Shown here piece after piece: positions 45,401 to 53,318 of a stretch of 64,000 bases of DNA. The stretch is from a virus. Its lineage: Duplodnaviria; Caudoviricetes. The translations under genes were made by a program, and so were the position numbers. Within the stretch, counting starts at the first letter, position 1, and every line of letters starts with the position of its first letter. The notes below the pieces were generated by a model. That model did no database searches. It saw only the letters and a list, made by a program, of their open reading frames with translations, and was not told where the DNA came from. Location: positions 1-64,000 of IMG/VR virus record IMGVR_UViG_2974644955_000001. One strand, written 5' to 3'.

Positions 45401-48400
45401 GCAGACTTCCGAAGGATAGGATGTGCAATCGTCGTAGCATCAGGAACGAAACCAAGCCACTTCTCCAGACCATCTTCACCCAGTGCTCCGAGAATCGTAC
45501 CCCGGTTCACATTTGCACGGTGGCCAGTATCCTGCATCTTCTTCACAGCTTTGGTGATCAACGAGGACAAACGTACATCAGACCGTTCCCCTTTGACTGG
45601 GACAGTCTTGATCTTCTCACCAATCGAATAGGTTGCACGCACGTCGTTGAAGATCGACTCACGAGCAGTGTTTGTGACACGTTCACCACCTGCGTTGCGG
45701 ATACGCTGTTGCAGTGTGGTAAGTTTGTCACCAGTGACTGTGATCGTCAGAGCCTCATCAGCATTCGGAGGAGTGATCTCAACAGATCCACCCAGTCCTG
45801 CACTGACCGAAGTTGCACCACTCAGTTTGATCTTATCAACAGAGACGATATCCATCTCATCCATGATCGTGATCATCTCAGCAGCAAAACCTTGAGCCAG
45901 ACCTTCCAGTTCATTGACTGGACGATCCTTGTTCTCAGAGCGGTTCATGAGACGCATGAAGTCAGATGCCAATTGGTCTTTGACCTGTGATGCAGGAAGA
46001 CCATTCAGGATCGCTTGTAGGCTGGACTCTTCCACATCGTTCATGGTCAGACCACGATCTTCGAGGGTGTCATCCAACTTACGAGGATCAATAGCAGCAG
46101 CAGATGTGATGAAGTCCACGATAGCAATCGTAGCCATTTCAATCACTTGGTTATCATATGCCTGAGTTTCAGGGTTCATCAGAGCAATCATCTTGAATTG
46201 CTTGAAGAATTTCCCTGACAGGAAGTGTTCAGCAAAGGTAGCTACCTTGCCAGAGTTCTTCACTTTCCGCTGAAGACGGGCATTCAATCGACGACCGATC
46301 TCAGCTTTCAGTTCCCTGGCGACAGTGATGTGTTCCTGGTTCATGCCTTCACGGGCAGCCAGATCATCAATCCCTTTGACTGGAGCTTCCCCACCCTTGG
46401 TAGGGAAGTTCTCATCAGCAGCCGGACTTACTTGGGCTTCTTCAGGGGTTCCATCTCCTGGCTCTTCGGTGGTGCTTGGAACGTCGATGGCGTCACCTTC
46501 GCTGACTTCGGTGCTTTCAGCGGGAGTTCCAACTGTATCTCTTTCCCTTGGGCCATAGACTTCCTCCATCAATTCCTTGGCTTTGTTCATACCATCCATC
46601 AAGGATGGATCTTTCGAGAACCACAATTCACTGATGATTGCGAAGATCTCTCGACGACGTTGTGTATCACTATCCTGACCAACCGCATAGTCATAACGAC
46701 CACGTACCCAGTCACCACGATCTTTCAGCAGTTCAAATTCAGCAGTGATGGCTCCATCCTGATCGAAGGAGACACGAGAAGAGATCTCACGATCTACATC
46801 ACCAAAGGATTTCTCAGAGAAATCAATGATGTGTGCCATTTCGTGAATGACCACAGCTTTACCGAGACGAGTCAGTTCCTGCTTCTCTGCATCCCAGAGT
46901 TCATCACTCAGGAAGATCTGGTTCGATTCATCATCGGCCATACCAGCATCATTCATGACTTCAGCAGGGTACATGACAATACCCTTCTCACGACGGGCCA
47001 GCTTGTTCCCGAAGTATTCCTTGATCAAAGAGCGAGCAGCACGACGGAAAGCAGTCTTCTGTTCATCCAGACGTTTACGTGGACCTTCAGGCCACATCTC
47101 AGGAGTTGTCAGAAGTTCATATACCTTTTGATACTCCTGCTCATCGGATGAAGATTCACCTCCCTCTTCATTTCCCTCCTCGGGTTCTGACTCGCTACGC
47201 TCATCAGAAGCCTCGTCGCTCAATTCATCACTCCGTGATTCTCCATCCTCTTCGACAGCCGTTGGTTGATCAATGTCCTGTTGCAAAATTGTCACACCAG
47301 AAGCGTCACGTTTCACAACCATGATCTCTCCGTCGAGACCTCGGACAATGGCACCATCATAGCCACCCTGAACCATCAAACCATTGAGATCTTTCTGGTT
47401 GTTGATCCAGAATTGATCTGGTCTCTGGCCAGGAACATCAATCTCCATAGGCTTTTGAAGATCTACAGCGACCTCTTTCACATGAGGATCGTTGCCACCT
47501 TTGAGGTTTGAAAGTTTGGCGTAATCACGAGCCAACTCAAGACTGTTCGTGAAGAACAGACCTGATTTGTCTTTCAAATTCTTACCTACTTTTCTGACAT
47601 CAAACTGCTCAAACCGACTTCCTGTACCGTGATACAGTTGCATCAGTTGTGGTTCACCAGCAGTCAGAGTAGCCCCTTCAGGAACATTGAAGTTATCTGG
47701 TAGTTCATCTGTACGGTCATTCAGGATCTCATTCAGAGTATCCAGATCTTCTTGACGTTCAGCCAACAGCTTCTCAAACTTCTGGATCGGACCTGTTTCA
47801 GTTCCAGGGTTCCGTGTCTCACGGGCAATCAATCGGTTCAGACGCTTACGAGCTTCTGCCACCTGCTTCTCAGCAAATGTGATCTGATCTGCCAGAGCTT
47901 CATCAGAGATGTTCTCATATGCCTTCTTACGTCGTGAGGCTTGGGTATCCTCCTCGACCTCGGTTGCCCCCTCGGTCTCGTCGATAGCCGTTGGGGTTTC
48001 TGTCTGTTCTTGTGTTTGTGGGTTTTGCTCGTCGGTTTCCTGGCCGGAAACCTCCTCGATACCCGTTGGTTTCGGGTCAGGCTTCGCCACCTCGATGTTT
48101 TCCATCGGCTTCGCATCAGCATCAAAGAACTCAGGGAATTCCTGAAGCAGAAGATTATACGTATCAATCAATGCGTTAGCATCCTGCTCGACTTGCAGAG
48201 CCAAGGCAGCAGACTTCTCATTGGTTGGGGAATACCACACACCTTTGATCGAAGTCTTGTTCCCCTCAGTGGTACGCAGTTCACCATTCATCAGAGCTTG
48301 GAAATCAACCGTAGGAGCCACAACATTCCCACTCTCAGTGGTTACGTTATTGGCAGCCGACTCATTCAGAGCAGTGACTTTGTTCACCATGTGCTGGGCA

Positions 48401-50715
48401 AAGTTACGCAATTCCTTCGCCACAACTCCCGCAGTGACGACCTGTCCTTTTTGGTTGATGATCGCAGCGTCTTTGGGGAAAATCCCCGTCTGGGCAACTG
48501 CCTGCGCTGCGAGGACTAGATCCCGTCCAAAGTCATTGATGGAACGATAACCCTTACGAACTTTAGGGTCATTCCGACCTTCGGTGAAGATCTGACGACT
48601 TACTCCTTTGATCGTCTTTTCTTGAGTCTTTGGGCGGGAGCCTGGTTTCAGTGAGATATTCTCACCTTCACTCAACTCAGCCTGGCTCTCGACATTACGA
48701 TTGATGATCTCAGCCAGACGAGAAGACACACGAATATACTTCGCGTCTTCCGGACTCACATCCCTCTCATTATCTTCCAAAAGATTGTTGCCCACATCTG
48801 GGTTCATGTTACCCGGATTGGTACGTGCAACGTTGACCACACTCGATGTGGATGTATCTGCACCCTCATCGTTCAGATCGACAGCAGCAGCCCTCTCACG
48901 GATGTTCTTGACCATCTTGGTAGACATCAAACGACCAACAGCCTTCTGTTGATCTTGAGGCAATGAACCAACGATAGACTCCAGACGGTTCACCATGTCA
49001 GCAGCATAGACCACATCTTGATCTGTTGGTTTGAAGCGACGGGTTCCCATCTTGGCCATAATACCAGTCAGGCTTTCAACGATATTCCGTCCACCACCAG
49101 CAACGTCAGAGAAGCCCTCTGGAGCTTCACGAGCATCCGGAGCGTCAATCACTTCAGTGACCTTGGGATCAATGGTTCCATTGGCAGCCTCGGTACGAAG
49201 AGCCTCAGTCACATCAATTGTGGTCTGTACGTTCTGACGAACTTCTTTGTTGTCAGTGGAGTCATCAATCCGATTGAGACCCTCATTGACCACTGCACCA
49301 GCAGCACGAGCCACAGGAGCAGCAGCAGCCCCGACAGCTTCACCTACAGGAGCGAGAGCACGTCCAGTCGCATCAGCAGCCCTGGAAGCCCGTGAGCCTT
49401 CTCCTGGAGCCGTTTCAGCGAACAGAGCATTAGCTGCATTGCGTGCTGTACCAAGAGCAACAGCAGGAGCACCCATGGTTCCAGCAGTACCCACACCAGC
49501 AACAAAACCTACACCTGCCCCTGTACCGACACCTTCCATGGAATCACGGCCAATGGCAGCGTAATCCTCAACGGCAATGTTTCGGTTATAGACAGACGTA
49601 CCTTCCTGACCCAGTTCTTCAACACCCTCACCTGCAATTTGCAGAAGGTTGGAAGCAACACCTTGGCCTCTGAATGCCAGAGGACCAAGAGCTTCAAAAC
49701 GAGAAGTGATGAAACCAATGGCCATAGTAGATGGAACCTGACGAAGCAGAGCAGTTTCAGCAGCCAAACCAGCAAGCTGAACCTTTGCTTCTTCGGGGGT
49801 CATAGTCGGATCTTCATCCAGCATAGCCTGCATGACAGGAGACGTAGCCAAGAGTTTCTCAGTTTCGATCCCCATGACATCTGTGACAGTCTCGGAATAG
49901 ACGTTACCCAGTTCAGGGAAACCTGTGGTCGCAGAAATGGCCATTGTTCCAGCAACACGTTGAGCCAGAACACTCTTGGTTGCCACACCAGCGGCTTGCA
50001 TTGCAGCCTTACCTGCCACACCACCCAATGGCGCTGTGAAAACCATATCACCAACAGACTCAGCAATCGTATTGGACAGCAAACCAGGATCACGAAGATA
50101 TCGTTGACCTGCATTTACAGCGTTACGACCTTCACGCTGCCATTTGGCAATAGTTTCACTTTTTCCTGCCTCAATGTCACGTTGGTATTGAGCCTCAGAA
50201 TCCTGTTCATCCAGTTGACCTTCGATACCCTCGAAGTACCGTTTGCCTTGGAGTTCGTCAGACAGGTTCATCTCTTGCATTCCTGCAACGATCTCAGCAT
50301 GAGCCTGCATGAGAGGAGCAGCACGTTCTGCACCTGAACCACCTTCAGGATTCAACCATGCACGAGCATAGGAATCAGCAAGAATACCTGCTTGTCCCAA
50401 GGAGCGATATGCCCCGGTGGAAGCAGAAACAAATAGATCACTGGCAGCAGTGTCTACATCATCAGAGGTATTGAGACGTTCTTCACCACGAACAAGACGG
50501 TGACGGTTGTTCGCAACATCATCCCCGTACTTCATACGAAGACCGGAGACACTCATTTCACGAAGGTCTGTGGAGAGTTCAGTATCTGCTAGATCGTTAC
50601 CACGCTTGTTGGCGACAGCGAGAGTATCTTGGACTTGTCGATCACGCAAATCTGGGGCTTGAGCCAGAGTAGCTTCAATCTCTTCGTCCACCGAAGGGGT
50701 AACTCGATCATTCAT
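39433..50715 (-). CDS. Virion-encapsidated RNA polymerase (N4 gp50-like) with inserted ART-like and zincin domains
   Basis: 3760 aa with no Cys seen; TKVGR, motif A FELDGLTNG, motif B RSSAKNPMTKVNYG, motif C VFDG; HEMVH zincin; extra LYHGT and HEMAH domains. Confidence 0.96.
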   Translation of the reverse strand: MNDRVTPSVDEEIEATLAQAPDLRDRQVQDTLAVANKRGNDLADTELSTDLREMSVSGLRMKYGDDVANNRHRLVRGEERLNTSDDVDTAASDLFVSASTGAYRSLGQAGILADSYARAWLNPEGGSGAERAAPLMQAHAEIVAGMQEMNLSDELQGKRYFEGIEGQLDEQDSEAQYQRDIEAGKSETIAKWQREGRNAVNAGQRYLRDPGLLSNTIAESVGDMVFTAPLGGVAGKAAMQAAGVATKSVLAQRVAGTMAISATTGFPELGNVYSETVTDVMGIETEKLLATSPVMQAMLDEDPTMTPEEAKVQLAGLAAETALLRQVPSTMAIGFITSRFEALGPLAFRGQGVASNLLQIAGEGVEELGQEGTSVYNRNIAVEDYAAIGRDSMEGVGTGAGVGFVAGVGTAGTMGAPAVALGTARNAANALFAETAPGEGSRASRAADATGRALAPVGEAVGAAAAPVARAAGAVVNEGLNRIDDSTDNKEVRQNVQTTIDVTEALRTEAANGTIDPKVTEVIDAPDAREAPEGFSDVAGGGRNIVESLTGIMAKMGTRRFKPTDQDVVYAADMVNRLESIVGSLPQDQQKAVGRLMSTKMVKNIRERAAAVDLNDEGADTSTSSVVNVARTNPGNMNPDVGNNLLEDNERDVSPEDAKYIRVSSRLAEIINRNVESQAELSEGENISLKPGSRPKTQEKTIKGVSRQIFTEGRNDPKVRKGYRSINDFGRDLVLAAQAVAQTGIFPKDAAIINQKGQVVTAGVVAKELRNFAQHMVNKVTALNESAANNVTTESGNVVAPTVDFQALMNGELRTTEGNKTSIKGVWYSPTNEKSAALALQVEQDANALIDTYNLLLQEFPEFFDADAKPMENIEVAKPDPKPTGIEEVSGQETDEQNPQTQEQTETPTAIDETEGATEVEEDTQASRRKKAYENISDEALADQITFAEKQVAEARKRLNRLIARETRNPGTETGPIQKFEKLLAERQEDLDTLNEILNDRTDELPDNFNVPEGATLTAGEPQLMQLYHGTGSRFEQFDVRKVGKNLKDKSGLFFTNSLELARDYAKLSNLKGGNDPHVKEVAVDLQKPMEIDVPGQRPDQFWINNQKDLNGLMVQGGYDGAIVRGLDGEIMVVKRDASGVTILQQDIDQPTAVEEDGESRSDELSDEASDERSESEPEEGNEEGGESSSDEQEYQKVYELLTTPEMWPEGPRKRLDEQKTAFRRAARSLIKEYFGNKLARREKGIVMYPAEVMNDAGMADDESNQIFLSDELWDAEKQELTRLGKAVVIHEMAHIIDFSEKSFGDVDREISSRVSFDQDGAITAEFELLKDRGDWVRGRYDYAVGQDSDTQRRREIFAIISELWFSKDPSLMDGMNKAKELMEEVYGPRERDTVGTPAESTEVSEGDAIDVPSTTEEPGDGTPEEAQVSPAADENFPTKGGEAPVKGIDDLAAREGMNQEHITVARELKAEIGRRLNARLQRKVKNSGKVATFAEHFLSGKFFKQFKMIALMNPETQAYDNQVIEMATIAIVDFITSAAAIDPRKLDDTLEDRGLTMNDVEESSLQAILNGLPASQVKDQLASDFMRLMNRSENKDRPVNELEGLAQGFAAEMITIMDEMDIVSVDKIKLSGATSVSAGLGGSVEITPPNADEALTITVTGDKLTTLQQRIRNAGGERVTNTARESIFNDVRATYSIGEKIKTVPVKGERSDVRLSSLITKAVKKMQDTGHRANVNRGTILGALGEDGLEKWLGFVPDATTIAHPILRKSALGKNATVRLNIIEVNEIMSALGDNIQALIYYPVGITKVGRHQYQGPNPQANKLLRFFASPTWSTVDTNDKADMDGFWLGIAQASGLFKVEKRNETEVLSEVKEAFEAKFRPAVDMTKAILTGGEVDVDTYIEALQSDDPAVLGAIEAMASMELALESGETSFETSLSFELDGLTNGAANMMVNFGHGLIAAEEWENFNRIGLFLGKIGRTVNDYFGSKQTTDLYEQVAQRTDDLLAAAGTDLKPWQRKQRAAAKRLAWAFSESERVETPDGSIEYRMTRSSAKNPMTKVNYGSGVQGVASGVAGDMLLDFYEKAQGMGENQSYEEYFYPEIREDMANMGLFLPKNPDKNFVFPIDQVNKFKTAVQFTIGQALTDATREVLGPRIEQLNDMLVLVTNMQNAYVQRMYDKAIADAVKEAGVRSPAQLPRATFERIQKEMYQLTPIFRSDDQTLAIGGFDKKLTDMRVSSNMDEGIRTPARMPLPDDIGVKALPFMVIGSGDAMMMNFFFGSDNAPEDVLGVFDGLDVPVTKIRDYSPQINEAVNKSWKRDVLGMALQNFESFLERVDDPATFEAAAADVLGNFKKKTVVAANWKELHEQLKERYKENKARKKIIAQMQKSVDQMGGGGIGFSEDGSEWNRTETNARIELEMKDPGSNINDRAETKTPVTVSDARTVLKVTKWTQNEKQTVDILKPLLGDTRVIFGTLDQLNQWKWENMPDDGSVLRARGTYDAKNDIIYITTKSNETILHEMVHAATYGKVLEHYEGKKNPAVERLEDLARQFVEIESDNKAVLRAQSVMNRRFVKGKPQDKASAINEFMAYALSNQGVRRTLENEQANILKKISDAVVKLMRRIMGGVRQDMFSHTVFNTRVLFGDNDGGTGGGGVIVSGGGNNGDGGGNGGPPQTDDPFHNFTNYWINTLRDWIADKASDEQVQRTSLELANAQRVIDDLRQAGLLHNTRDQATFKAIYGIMLSEMKLTPQSRIQLTRVFQHILDNLDPQMFGEGTEANNIYSAVVNTLSDKDATPGHAVAVLFGLSQTSTRMKAVMEQIPQPTGDNSIQGTLPAFMQKMTAFTMQKLTASLDADTKPPKEVLDLIAATIVDHDVNEEYRVLSHITTNLENADNYVSGAFSSVSGMMREKNADVQASTRNTAVKLLMGTVTVAGTNLLSREGAALTGEASKRFVNQFEGWKVLIPFQELVTEMVGTDRQNERITALLDKINAGIAGMRQAFREDLPGILERVFQTPPSKEQWKSMFNTLAKTDVYSVLDVNNMQNSMKVMEERSTRQTMLNNIENEIRTKLNQSNADAAIQKGEQLANFMSNGIVGKMLMRNAYAIMNGLEGSIPAEVEGLLDRWISIKAIDVMDPSTREDVVQLWQNDPNAIVAIVTYLQQLSEQEEAKEPSNQARLNAWKGYIPNEGGKNLQIVVELDESEREMNRKGYKKLGAYTGDASSVFPKSYYISNVRRQGAYTQGALQNVANTYRGVDTSNGLSVTGNTAGYISNEDGLVPGLVNDQLRESTTVENDQENVMPVHAEDGSIQGFELSVSKDVMDLHSGREENLAVMMGAWAGRQVEESLAAEYNKTLADELKKVWDQRERGSESTFVDFKESEDPIHKDTWSLVPQTTKVYLENIFGSDGVMIPRAMINLSVGYREASITDMWNGKSRMPDQVQKAVRVSTERLLGRSAMRWLSAGEEGFQGIVATAKDIIVVRSLIVPAMNMRSNAIQLMNAGVPHKTMVKDFRSKLAEIEEYNNNEVKIKELQAQLLLAGNNQQRRTVIEDKIRVIEDLNKRMTIAPMIEAGAYKQLSEGITDLDVAITSGKLAEYMEKLADKLPVGGGIVKIGMVSKSTDMYKAANRATQYGDFLAKSIYYDHLIKQGVSESQAITRMNEEFVNFTPAPGRTRSYLERMGLLWFPSFKLRIAKIAMKQIRENPVRSLALNMMLPDIGSPIQDNIFQVMIEGRLDYATGMEMLFAAPELNPWYNLMLD

Positions 50716-50776
50716 TGCAATATCCTAGCAAGTTGTCTTGATAGGTATTCTCATAAATGATCGAGCAGATCAAGCG

Positions 50777-52837
50777 TTACTGTACTCGACGGACTGAAGC
50801 CCCTGGACCTGGAGTAGCAAGAGCAGCCGCAGCTTCCCTTGCATCTTCTTCCTCAACGATAGAGGAGTATTGTTGCAGTTCTTTCACCAAACCTTCACGT
50901 TGTTCCCGCAAGTCTTGCAGTTGAGTCTCATAACGACGTTTCAGTTCTGGGTCATTCTGTACAGCAGAACGACGCAACTGAGACTGGATCTGAGCTTCTT
51001 GAGAAGCATTCAGAGTCATTTCACGATCAACACGATCAATGTTGTTCCGGGCTTCTGCGAAGTTCCGGCCACCATCAGTCGAGTATGTACCAAGCAGTTC
51101 TTCCATCCGGTCAATGCTGACTTGGTTGTTGAGTGTGTTACGACCAGTTGGGTCAGCTTCAAACACACGAGAAGCCAACGCATAAACCTCATCAATCGTA
51201 AGATCTGGATCCGATTTCCGAAGTTCACGGTGTGCTTTCTGCAAGTGCTGATCCATGGTTGCTGGATCAAAGTCTGCATCCCGACCAAAGATCGGGTTGT
51301 TCTCGAAGTCATCATCCATCAGACGGAACTGATCAATCAGAGCAGCCGACTTCTCAGTGGATGTGCTCATCCCTGCGAAACCTTCTGCATCCACAGTCAA
51401 CTGTGCTTCTGGTGTACCACCAACGGCACCACGAGCCAGACCAATATCAGTCTGTTGATCAGCCGTTTGTGTCTGACGAATCAACTGTTCAGCAGTAGAT
51501 TCACCTGGAGTGAGGTTTTCCTGAAGGATCGGGCTGCCATCATAGATCTCAGACAGACGTTGTTCCAACGCATAGATCTCTGGTTCAGACATATCCAAAC
51601 CAGTTTGCAGCATTTCTTCACGACCTTGACGAATGAATTGCTCTTTCGTTGTGATGTTTGGATCCTGAGACAAGCTCTCAGCAGTCAGCAGAGTCTGATC
51701 AAGGATAGTCTCAACACGCTGTTCTTCGTTGAGTGTATCACCCCGTGTTGCAGCTTCTTCCAATGGAGACTGTTCTGCTCGGATTTCAGAAGGAACGAAC
51801 AGACCAGATGCAGCCATACGAGCAGCAGTCTGATCACCACCAAATCCACGAATAGGTTCTTGATTGCCTTGGTTGTCCCGACGATCATTGACGATTGGAC
51901 CACCCCAAGCAGGCTGAGAAATAGCAGGGTTGTAATAGTGAGTCGCACCCTGTGTCGGATCTTCATACTGACCACTCAGAATTGCTTGAGCTACAGCCAT
52001 AGCTTCTTCACCTGGCTGGAAGTTCATATCCTGACCTTGTTCACCACCAGCATAGCCAGTTTGTGAATTCCAGGCAGAGAATTGGCCAGGTTTCATGATG
52101 ACGCCATCAATGCCTTCACCATATTTTCCTGACGCAGCACGGTTACGAATGACCGAACCAACAGCCAACATACCTTCAGCACCTTGGTTCCCGGCTTCTG
52201 CTTGCAGAGTACGAGCCAAACGCATGACAGTTTCAGGAGAAGCCTGAACGGCTCCTGTGTTACCGTTGACTGGGCCTTGGCCCGGATCAGCGTTACCAAA
52301 GACGTGATCACCAGCACGGACAAATTCACCTTGTCCCCGTGGGATCGAGCTACCATTGTTCAGACCACCAAGGCGATCATTGACGATACTGCCAGCATTT
52401 TCCTGAAGCCATTCACGTTGATCAACCATACGGCCATCTTCACGCATAAAGATCCCGTGTTTGTCACGAGATTGGCTCATGTTCTGATACGTGTTCGCTG
52501 TGCGAGCATCAGTATTTCGGGTGTTGGAATTCGTGTAATCCAGATCACTCCGACGAGTCATCGTATCACGAAGATCAGTCAGACCTTTCTCACCCAGATT
52601 CAAATCATCGAATGCACCAGCTTGGTACATTGCAGTGATCTCATCTTGGCTCTTACCACCAGTCCGACGAAGAAGTTCATTGTGTGCTTTGGTTTCAGCA
52701 CCTTCTTGATAAGACGAAAGAATTCCTTTGGCTGCCTCACCAGCAGCCATTAGAGATTCATTGGAGCCTCGCATCAAACCAGCCACATTAGGTTGGGCTT
52801 GGTTCAACTGTCGCCACTGGAGTCTTGGATCAGCCAT
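50777..52837 (-). CDS. Ejection protein (N4 gp51-like) with SleB/Hydrolase_2 cell-wall hydrolase domain
   Basis: LARTLQAEAGNQG..GMLAVGSVIRNR...GQFSAWN...GATHYYNP; position next to vRNAP. Confidence 0.85.
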   Translation of the reverse strand: MADPRLQWRQLNQAQPNVAGLMRGSNESLMAAGEAAKGILSSYQEGAETKAHNELLRRTGGKSQDEITAMYQAGAFDDLNLGEKGLTDLRDTMTRRSDLDYTNSNTRNTDARTANTYQNMSQSRDKHGIFMREDGRMVDQREWLQENAGSIVNDRLGGLNNGSSIPRGQGEFVRAGDHVFGNADPGQGPVNGNTGAVQASPETVMRLARTLQAEAGNQGAEGMLAVGSVIRNRAASGKYGEGIDGVIMKPGQFSAWNSQTGYAGGEQGQDMNFQPGEEAMAVAQAILSGQYEDPTQGATHYYNPAISQPAWGGPIVNDRRDNQGNQEPIRGFGGDQTAARMAASGLFVPSEIRAEQSPLEEAATRGDTLNEEQRVETILDQTLLTAESLSQDPNITTKEQFIRQGREEMLQTGLDMSEPEIYALEQRLSEIYDGSPILQENLTPGESTAEQLIRQTQTADQQTDIGLARGAVGGTPEAQLTVDAEGFAGMSTSTEKSAALIDQFRLMDDDFENNPIFGRDADFDPATMDQHLQKAHRELRKSDPDLTIDEVYALASRVFEADPTGRNTLNNQVSIDRMEELLGTYSTDGGRNFAEARNNIDRVDREMTLNASQEAQIQSQLRRSAVQNDPELKRRYETQLQDLREQREGLVKELQQYSSIVEEEDAREAAAALATPGPGASVRRVQ

Positions 52838-52847
52838 GGGTCATTCC

Positions 52848-53315
52848 TTACAGAGAGTTCTCTTGGATGTACGAATCCGTTTCAGCAGCACCTTTACCTT
52901 CAGTGAAGTGACGCGAACGAATACGATCTTCGAGAGCCGTATTATACGTTTGTGTTTGGTTCGCAAGGTTGGTGTCCCATTGCTCACGAGCAAAGTTCAT
53001 CTGTTCCTTGGCCATCTTGTGCTGTTGGAAAGAGTTCCACAGTGAACCAAGAACCTGAACACCACCGATGATCGTGTTCATTTTACCATGTTCACCAAAC
53101 CAGCCAGGACTGGTTTGAGCACCAACTCCACCACCTGTGCCACCAGTTCCACTGCCAACACTTCCAGAAGGAGCAGTGTAACTTAGAGCACCACCCCCAC
53201 CGCTCGACATGGGAGCTTGGGAGCCAATAGAATAATCTGCTGCCCCGGTAGCCCAGCTACCGAAGGTGCTTCCATTTCGGGTTGCATCACCCAGTCCAAA
53301 AGACAATCCACTCAT
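52848..53315 (-). CDS. Structural/ejection protein (N4 gp52-like)
   Basis: Gly/Ser-rich N-terminus; LGSLWNSFQQHKMAK...NQTQTYNTALEDRIRSR. Confidence 0.8.
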   Translation of the reverse strand: MSGLSFGLGDATRNGSTFGSWATGAADYSIGSQAPMSSGGGGALSYTAPSGSVGSGTGGTGGGVGAQTSPGWFGEHGKMNTIIGGVQVLGSLWNSFQQHKMAKEQMNFAREQWDTNLANQTQTYNTALEDRIRSRHFTEGKGAAETDSYIQENSL

Positions 53316-53318
53316 TTT

